Source: a virus
Taxonomy: Duplodnaviria > Heunggongvirae > Uroviricota > Caudoviricetes
DNA length: 4,557 nt
Direction: 5' to 3' (one strand)
Virus record (IMG/VR): IMGVR_UViG_2531839232_000006
Location: 1-4,557 of that record
Part shown: one piece after another, positions 1 to 4,425 of the stretch
How the letters are laid out: each line of letters begins with the position of its first letter
Numbering within the stretch: the stretch's first letter is position 1
The notes under the pieces: generated by a model
Told to the model about the DNA's origin: nothing
Databases searched by the model: none
Seen by the model: the letters and a program-made list of their open reading frames with translations, nothing else
Position numbers and translations under genes: made by a program

Positions 1-60
1 ACCCAACCGACGGTTTACCTGTTGGATGTAAGGTTAACACATCAAATGCGCCGGAGTTGA
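1..60 (+). CDS. 3' end of an upstream gene (partial, runs off the left edge); possibly the Cro/YdaS-like partner of the following ydaT-like gene
   Basis: Frame 1 is open from the window edge to TGA at 58-60, 3 nt before the ydaT-like ATG at 64. Only 19 codons are visible (…TQPTVYLLDVRLTHQMRRS*), so no identification is possible. Frame 3 is also open here, so even the frame is uncertain. Confidence 0.25.
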   Translation, partial: TQPTVYLLDVRLTHQMRRS

Positions 61-74
61 TTCATGAAAATCAA
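57..74. promoter_or_regulatory. Perfect inverted repeat TTGATT-catgaa-AATCAA (6+6 bp arms, 6-bp spacer) spanning the ydaT-like start codon; candidate operator for the YdaT/CII-like regulator
   Basis: Read directly: TTGATT at 57-62, spacer 63-68, AATCAA at 69-74; the ATG at 64-66 lies in the spacer. As I recall, the published recognition site of CP-933P YdaT is TTGATT-N6-AATCAA; I cannot verify that here. This is the only perfect copy in the window. Confidence 0.5.
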
Positions 75-489
75 GCATGAACACATCCGCATGGCGATGA
101 ATGCCTGGGCGCATCCGGACGGCGAAAAAGTACCGGCTGCGAAAATTACCAAAGCGTATTTCGAGCTGGGAATGACGTTCCCGGAACTGTATGACGACAG
201 CCATCCGGAAGCCATGGCTCGCAATACTCAGAAAATTTTCCGCTGGGTGGAGAAAGACACTCCTGATGCGGTTAAAAAAATTCAGGCGTTGTTACCAGCG
301 ATCGAAAAAGCGATGCCGCCTCCGCTGGTGGCCCGAATGCGCAGCCACAGTTCCGCTTATTTTCGGGAGTTGGTAGAGACGAAGGAACGGCTGGTGAAAG
401 ATATTGATGATTTCGTTGCATCAGCGATCGTTCTGTTCGATCAGATGAATCGTGGTGGCCCGGCAGGAAACACTCTGGCTGTGCATTAA
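64..489 (+). CDS. ydaT: YdaT-like prophage regulator (functional analogue of lambda CII), 141 aa
   Basis: ATG at 64 with GGAG at 53-56 (7-nt spacing); stop TAA at 487-489. The N-terminus MKIKHEHI… and the size match my recollection of the Rac/CP-933P YdaT family. Position immediately upstream of a replication module fits the cII slot of lambdoid phages. Confidence 0.75.
   Translation: MKIKHEHIRMAMNAWAHPDGEKVPAAKITKAYFELGMTFPELYDDSHPEAMARNTQKIFRWVEKDTPDAVKKIQALLPAIEKAMPPPLVARMRSHSSAYFRELVETKERLVKDIDDFVASAIVLFDQMNRGGPAGNTLAVH
324..331 (+). other. Chi octamer 5'-GCTGGTGG-3' (RecBCD hotspot motif) inside the ydaT-like gene
   Basis: Exact octamer read at 324-331 on the + strand; I found no reverse-complement copy (CCACCAGC) in the window. 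Activity depends on the host being E. coli-like. Confidence 0.5.
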
Positions 490-502
490 TTGGGTAATAA
501 AT

Positions 503-1012
503 ATGAGTAATGACAAAAAATTGACACTGAGCGTTTACGAAAACAGTCCGCACATCTGGCGTGGCGGTTTATCTGATGTGGAGCTGGCAGAGTGGTTGAT
601 ACATAAAGCTAATGCGCTGCTCTGGCGTTTGTCAGCCAGAGAACAGCGCAAGGAAACCAGAATAAAGCTGGCTGATGCAGAAGCGTGTGCCGGGCTTATT
701 GAGGATTATACAAATCTTGGTATTTCTTCAGCAGAGAGTGATCCCATTCAGCCTCTGAGCAGGGAGTCAATCCAGCACGCTGGTTGTATGGCACATCTTG
801 TAACTGCTCGTCAACATGAGGTGGGTATTGGATCACTTCCGGCGGGATATTCGCTGATTCCAGAGCTGGTTGAAGCAAGAAAATCAGTTCAGAAAAAGAG
901 AGATGACGCACTTCAATTATTGAGAGAGCACTATGGCGCGATACCAGAATGCGAACAGCGTCGATACCCTGAAGGTTATGAATGGATGCAGTCTCTTTTT
1001 GAAGTTCGCTAA
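503..1012 (+). CDS. Hypothetical protein, 169 aa, function unknown; extra gene between the cII-like gene and the replication initiator
   Basis: ATG at 503, 13 nt after the ydaT stop, with only a weak GGGT upstream; stop TAA at 1010-1012. Co-directional with the operon and E. coli-like codon choice, but several rare AGA/ATA/AGG codons. No motif I recognise. The six-frame ORF begins at GTG 452, which would overlap ydaT by 38 nt and is less likely. Confidence 0.55.
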   Translation: MSNDKKLTLSVYENSPHIWRGGLSDVELAEWLIHKANALLWRLSAREQRKETRIKLADAEACAGLIEDYTNLGISSAESDPIQPLSRESIQHAGCMAHLVTARQHEVGIGSLPAGYSLIPELVEARKSVQKKRDDALQLLREHYGAIPECEQRRYPEGYEWMQSLFEVR

Positions 1013-1016
1013 TCAA
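999..1016. promoter_or_regulatory. Degenerate second copy of the operator-like inverted repeat (TTGAAG-ttcgct-AATCAA, 10 of 12 arm positions, same 6-bp spacer)
   Basis: Read directly at 999-1016, overlapping the stop codon of the 169-aa gene at the start of the 217-bp gap before rep. Only a partial match, so it could be chance. Confidence 0.2.
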
Positions 1017-1229
1017 TATGTCGAGACGAAGGTATGTTTCGGCGCGCAGCCAGGCTCTGTAATCCGGGAGCATTTCGGGGCTGTTACACCAGCGGTTTGT
1101 TGCTGCAACATTTAATACATGAGCCTGATAAAGGCTTTTCAAAAAATACATGTCGAACCTCCTCTGGTTCTGTCGATTGGGAACCACAGATTATATCCGG
1201 AGGAAGGTTCGGCACCAGATGAGGTAGCC

Positions 1230-2321
1230 ATGCGTGATTACGCAAAAGTTTCTCCGCGATTCTGGCTGGGAGAAACGGGGAGAGAACTTAGAAAGGCGGG
1301 TGCAGAAGCGCAAGTTGTTGCTTTTTACCTGATGACATCCCCTCACGCAAATATGCTGGGTTTGTATTACCTGCCAGTTTTATACCTTGCTCATGAAACC
1401 GGGCTTGGTCTGGAAGGGGCTTCAAAGGGGCTTAAAAGGGCTGTTGAAGCTGGTTTTTGTAGCTATGACCATGATGCAGAGATGGTCTGGGTCCATGAAA
1501 TGGCAGCCTGGCAGGTTGGGGAAACGTTGAAGCCTGGCGATAACCGTTGTGCAGGTGTCAGGAATGAGTATGCATCATTACCTGAAAACGCTTTTCTGTC
1601 AGTGTTTTACGACAGATATAAAACGGATTTCCATCTGGATGTGAGGCGGAATAATAGCCGAAATTCGGTAAGGGGCTTCGAAGGGGCTTTTAAGGGGCTT
1701 CGAAGCCAAGAACAGGAACAGGAGCAGGAGAAAGAACAGGAACAGGACAAAAACACTATGGTTCATGGCAAAAAAAACACCACGAACCAGGCAGGGGATG
1801 TTCAGACCGTCAATCCTGGTCAGCCAGCAGGCACGACACCGGAAGCCGATTCGGGCGCTGTGCAGCAGGTGATGACCGCAGGGTCGGAGCAATCACACCA
1901 ACTGCAGCAGCCTGAAGCCGATTCCGCCATTCAGCGGGAAGCCGATCGGGTAGTCCCGGAAAGCACCGGGCAGTCTGTGGGACGAGTGGATTATCCGGAT
2001 GTGTTCGAACAGGTCTGGCGGGAATACCCGTTGCGTGCTGGGGCAAACCCGAAGAAATCCGCTTTCAGTGCCTGGAAGGCCAGATTGCGCGAGGGGGTGC
2101 CACCAGAGACCATGCTGGATGGTGTGAGGCGTTACGCGAGATACCTGGCGGCGACCGGGAAAGCGGGAACGGAATTTGTTCAGCGAGCGACGACGTTTTT
2201 TGGGCCGGACCGGAATTTTGAAAACCCCTGGTTGCTCCCGGTAAGCGGCACGAACAACCAGCGTTGTGTGAATCATATTTCTGAACCGGATACCGAAATT
2301 CCGCCGGGATTCAGGGGGTGA
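1230..2321 (+). CDS. Phage replication initiation protein: N-terminal DNA-binding domain, acidic QE-rich linker, and DnaT-like (primosomal protein I-like) C-terminal domain; 363 aa
   Basis: ATG at 1230 preceded by GAGG at 1221-1224 (5-nt spacing); stop TGA at 2319-2321. The C-terminal tail …ISEPDTEIPPGFRG closely matches the C-terminus of E. coli DnaT as I remember it (…SEPDSQIPPGFRG). It is followed 6 nt later by a DnaC homologue, mirroring the host dnaT-dnaC operon. The alternative start at ATG 1119 has no SD and adds 37 rare-codon-rich residues. Confidence 0.85.
   Translation: MRDYAKVSPRFWLGETGRELRKAGAEAQVVAFYLMTSPHANMLGLYYLPVLYLAHETGLGLEGASKGLKRAVEAGFCSYDHDAEMVWVHEMAAWQVGETLKPGDNRCAGVRNEYASLPENAFLSVFYDRYKTDFHLDVRRNNSRNSVRGFEGAFKGLRSQEQEQEQEKEQEQDKNTMVHGKKNTTNQAGDVQTVNPGQPAGTTPEADSGAVQQVMTAGSEQSHQLQQPEADSAIQREADRVVPESTGQSVGRVDYPDVFEQVWREYPLRAGANPKKSAFSAWKARLREGVPPETMLDGVRRYARYLAATGKAGTEFVQRATTFFGPDRNFENPWLLPVSGTNNQRCVNHISEPDTEIPPGFRG
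1414..1443. repeat. Iteron-like direct repeat cluster A: AAGGGGCTT at 1414-1422 and 1425-1433, plus imperfect AAGGGCTG at 1436-1443, 11-bp period
   Basis: Read directly. The 11-bp period makes the copies fall in all three codon phases of rep (encoding EGA, KGL, KRA), which argues the repeat is selected at the DNA level. Confidence 0.55.
1670..1707. repeat. Iteron-like direct repeat cluster B: three perfect AAGGGGCTT copies at 1670, 1681 and 1692 (exact 11-bp period), ending in the 12-bp palindrome GGCTTCGAAGCC (1696-1707)
   Basis: Read directly. The copies again occupy three different codon phases (encoding RGF, EGA, KGL). Five perfect copies of a 9-mer in 4.5 kb is far beyond chance. Confidence 0.6.
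1708..1786. other. Purine/A-rich tract next to iteron cluster B: (GAACAG)-type hexamer repeats and an A8 run (1770-1777); candidate DNA-unwinding element of an origin embedded in rep
   Basis: The 14-mer GAACAGGAACAGGA occurs at 1710-1723 and 1734-1747, and the top strand is almost all purine, encoding the QEQEQEQEKEQEQDKN linker. The iterons-then-A-rich layout inside the initiator gene parallels lambda ori inside gene O. Confidence 0.35.
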
Positions 2322-2327
2322 TGTGGC

Positions 2328-3074
2328 ATGAAAAACATTGCGGCAGCCGGGGTTCTTGAACGTATTCGCAGACTTGCACCACAGGCGTCGGTTCCACCGT
2401 ACCGGACGGTGGAGGAGTGGCGGGAATGGCAACTTGCTGAAGGACGAAAACGCAGCGAGGAGATTAACCGCCAGAATCACCAGTTGCGGGTGGAAAAAAT
2501 CCTGAATCGTTCGGGCATCCAGCCTCTGCACAGCAAATGCTCGTTTGCGAATTATCAGGTGCAGAACGACGGGCAAAAATACGCGCTGAGCCAGGCCAAA
2601 TCCATAGCTGACGAACTGATGACCGGGTGCACGAATTTTGTGTTCAGCGGTAAAACCGGCACCGGGAAAAATCACCTTGCAGCGGCGATGGGTAACCGGC
2701 TGATGGCGAAGGGGCGCAGCGTGATTATCGTCACCGTGTCTGATGTCATGAGCGTGTTGCATGACAGCTACGACAACGGCAAATCCGGGGAAAAATTTTT
2801 ACAGGAGCTTTGCAGTGTTGATTTGCTGGTCCTGGATGAAATAGGCGTTCAGCGGGAGACGAAAAACGAGCAGGTGGTATTACACCAGATAATTGATCGC
2901 CGGACAGCATCACTGTGCAGTGTCGGGATGTTAACAAACCTGAATCATGCCGCAATGAGTACACTTCTTGGTGAGAGGATTATGGACCGCATGACCATGA
3001 ACGGTGGTCGATGGGTGACGTTTAACTGGGATAGCTGGCGTCCAAATGTCAGCAATATGAGGGTTGTGAAGTAA
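2328..3074 (+). CDS. dnaC: DnaC-like replicative helicase loader (AAA+ ATPase), 248 aa; prophage paralogue of host DnaC
   Basis: ATG at 2328 with a G-rich SD at 2314-2320; stop TAA at 3072-3074. Walker A GKTGTGKN is encoded at 2649-2672 and Walker B LLVLDEIG is present (about 2822-2845). Sequence is near-colinear with E. coli DnaC across the NRSGI…CSF…NY and FNWDSWR regions. Confidence 0.95.
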   Translation: MKNIAAAGVLERIRRLAPQASVPPYRTVEEWREWQLAEGRKRSEEINRQNHQLRVEKILNRSGIQPLHSKCSFANYQVQNDGQKYALSQAKSIADELMTGCTNFVFSGKTGTGKNHLAAAMGNRLMAKGRSVIIVTVSDVMSVLHDSYDNGKSGEKFLQELCSVDLLVLDEIGVQRETKNEQVVLHQIIDRRTASLCSVGMLTNLNHAAMSTLLGERIMDRMTMNGGRWVTFNWDSWRPNVSNMRVVK

Positions 3075-3095
3075 TTTTGTCCGGAGGAAATTTTA

Positions 3096-3812
3096 ATGGA
3101 AACCGTATCTGACGCACTGAAAGCACTGAAAAAAGCCTCTTCACATGTGGTGGCAGCTCGCCTTGGAATTAGTCGTGAAGAGGCTGTCAACGAACTGTGG
3201 AAACTGAAACGCCGTGGAGAAGCGGATAACAAGGGGGCGATATGGTGGCTGACTCAGGCTGGTGAAAGTGAACCGGTGTCACCGGTACCGAAAGTGACGG
3301 CGCAAATGCTGACAGAGGCGATTGAACAACATGGCCCACAAACGGCGGATGAACTGGCATTGATGTTCGGAATTACCTCCCGCCGGGCGAATTCATCGCT
3401 GGCAATGGCAATCAGCAAAGGGTGTCTGATTCGCGTGAATCAGGATGGTAAATTTCGTTACTGCATACCGGGCGTTGATTTACCGGCAGAGCCGAAAGCA
3501 GCATCCGTAGCTGAAACGGAGGGTAAAGCCCTTCCTCAGCCAGCTGGTGTTGCGTTACCAGTCCAGGAAACGGCTGCACAGGAAGAAATTAAAACAGAAG
3601 CGGTGGAGGACATTGTGAAGTTGCAGCAATCGTTCACTGAAGCGAAAGCAGATGACCTGATTCTACCATCGCTGCATGTGGCTAACCGCGAGCTGCGCCG
3701 GGCGAAAAGTAATGTTCAGAAGTGGGAGCGAGTCTGTGCTGCGCTACGGGAACTGAACAAACACAGGGATATTCTCCGGGATATTACCGCCACCAGAGAG
3801 CAGCAGCGGTGA
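3096..3812 (+). CDS. Hypothetical protein, 238 aa: two tandem winged-helix-like repeats followed by a Pro/Ala-rich linker and a C-terminal coiled-coil-like region; possibly a DUF1627-type prophage protein
   Basis: ATG at 3096 with GGAGG at 3083-3087 (8-nt spacing); stop TGA at 3810-3812. Internal repeat by eye: residues about 3-56 and 68-126 share the pattern L..A…(A/E)L(A)..(G)I(S/T)..A…L…G. The family name is from memory and unverified. Confidence 0.75.
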   Translation: METVSDALKALKKASSHVVAARLGISREEAVNELWKLKRRGEADNKGAIWWLTQAGESEPVSPVPKVTAQMLTEAIEQHGPQTADELALMFGITSRRANSSLAMAISKGCLIRVNQDGKFRYCIPGVDLPAEPKAASVAETEGKALPQPAGVALPVQETAAQEEIKTEAVEDIVKLQQSFTEAKADDLILPSLHVANRELRRAKSNVQKWERVCAALRELNKHRDILRDITATREQQR

Positions 3813-4126
3813 GTGGCTGGAAGAAGTGGCGCTGGGCTGAAATCCTGATACTCCGGCAGTGTGCGGGAACGATGAGAGTCGAAAGCATCGGTTATCTGAT
3901 TGGCCGTAGTGAGTCAGCCGTCAGGACGAAAGCGCGGGAACTGGGTATCAGCATGATGTTACGGGGTGATTATCACCAGTCAGCCAAATGTTCACAGCGT
4001 GATATTGAGCTGGCGTGGCAACTGCATCAGCGTGGTGTACCCCGACGGGAAATTGCCGAAAAGTTTGGGATGAAGTTGGGCGCAGTGAATAACTACGTTT
4101 ATTTCGACAGGAGGGTTCAGGAGTGA
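3809..4126 (+). CDS. Small putative DNA-binding protein, about 105 aa, with two HTH-like repeats (the first resembles the GcrA N-terminal / sigma-70 region-4 type of HTH)
   Basis: GTG at 3809-3811 overlaps the upstream stop TGA at 3810-3812 (GTGA junction); stop TGA at 4124-4126. Repeat 1 is [41 protein letters not shown] and repeat 2 is [32 protein letters not shown]. The alternative ATG at 3872 would cut off the first helix, and the six-frame start at 3722 lies inside the upstream gene. Confidence 0.6.
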   Translation: MSGWKKWRWAEILILRQCAGTMRVESIGYLIGRSESAVRTKARELGISMMLRGDYHQSAKCSQRDIELAWQLHQRGVPRREIAEKFGMKLGAVNNYVYFDRRVQE

Positions 4127-4425
4127 GGGTGAGGGTTTATATCGCCGGTCCGATGACGGGATATGAAAATTTTAACCGCGAGGCATTTCACAAAACGGAA
4201 GAGGTGCTGAAACGGGAAGGGCATACCGTTTTAAACCCGGCAGTACTTCCGGACGGGCTGACTCAGCCACACTACATGGATATTTGCATGGCAATGCTCC
4301 GTTGCGTGGATGCGGTTTACATGCTGAAAGGCTGGCAGCAGTCGGCAGGTGCAGGGGCTGAGCTGGCACTGGAGGAGAAACCGGGCCATGCGGTGATTTT
4401 TCAGGAGGTGGGCAGTGAATATTGA
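4123..4425 (+). CDS. DUF4406-like small protein (nucleoside 2-deoxyribosyltransferase-like fold), 100 aa
   Basis: GTG at 4123-4125 overlaps the upstream stop TGA at 4124-4126 (second GTGA junction), with AGGAGG at 4109-4114 (8-nt spacing); stop TGA at 4423-4425. The N-terminal VYIAGPMTG motif and the later GW..S.GA..E block are what I recognise as characteristic of the DUF4406 / NDT-like superfamily. An alternative GTG start lies at 4129. Confidence 0.8.
   Translation: MRVRVYIAGPMTGYENFNREAFHKTEEVLKREGHTVLNPAVLPDGLTQPHYMDICMAMLRCVDAVYMLKGWQQSAGAGAELALEEKPGHAVIFQEVGSEY

Noticed and set aside
42-553. Minus-strand ORFs 42..224 and 272..553
   Set aside because: They are antisense to the ydaT-like gene, with no SD or recognisable features.
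696-1187. 163-codon ORF on the minus strand (GTG start) overlapping the 169-aa + strand gene
   Set aside because: It would be the only minus-strand gene in a co-directional operon, overlaps the + gene by more than 300 nt and has no SD. I favour the + strand gene but cannot fully exclude this one from sequence alone.
1034-1222. 62-codon + strand ORF in the gap before rep (also 933..1115 and 191..376)
   Set aside because: These are short, composition-biased, lack a properly spaced SD, and are nested in or out of frame with better-supported genes. They are most likely chance ORFs.
1119-1229. Upstream ATG (1119) as the start of rep, giving the 400-aa track ORF
   Set aside because: There is no SD before 1119 and the extra 37 codons are rich in rare ATA/AGA/TTA codons, whereas ATG 1230 has GAGG at 5-nt spacing. 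Residual uncertainty remains.
1414-1707. Possibility that the AAGGGGCTT repeats are a CRISPR array or a minisatellite
   Set aside because: The units are 9 bp at an 11-bp period with no unique spacers, and they lie inside an intact reading frame. Iterons fit better.
1599-2046. Minus-strand ORFs 1599..1892 and 1810..2046
   Set aside because: They are antisense to rep. The 1599..1892 frame merely reads the reverse complement of the iteron and hexamer-repeat region (FLLLLFLFL…).
1893-2762. 289-codon ORF on the minus strand
   Set aside because: It is entirely antisense to the well-supported rep and dnaC-like genes. Its translation is Arg/Pro/His-rich and low-complexity, typical of a shadow frame in GC-rich coding DNA, and it has no recognisable SD or motif.
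2791-2800. A5T5 palindrome (AAAAATTTTT) inside the dnaC-like gene
   Set aside because: It is short, inside coding sequence (encoding EKFL), with no flanking signal; probably incidental.
3075-3095. Possible terminator between the dnaC-like gene and the next gene
   Set aside because: Only a weak AATTT/AAATT inverted repeat with no GC-rich stem and T-run is present, and a strong SD follows, so read-through into the next gene is expected.
3114-3131. Tandem 9-bp duplication GCACTGAAA x2
   Set aside because: It is in frame and encodes ALKALKK in an amphipathic helix; most likely a trivial coding repeat.
2746-3232. Minus-strand ORFs 2746..2964 and 2945..3232
   Set aside because: They are antisense to the dnaC-like gene and the following gene; shadow frames.
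3722-3808. ATG 3722 as the start of the small HTH protein (134-aa track ORF)
   Set aside because: That start lies 90 nt inside the upstream gene, and the N-terminal extension ([16 protein letters not shown]…) looks like an out-of-frame read-through. The GTG at 3809 coupled to the upstream stop is more plausible.
4172-4369. Minus-strand 65-codon ORF inside the DUF4406 gene
   Set aside because: It is antisense to a well-supported gene; shadow frame.
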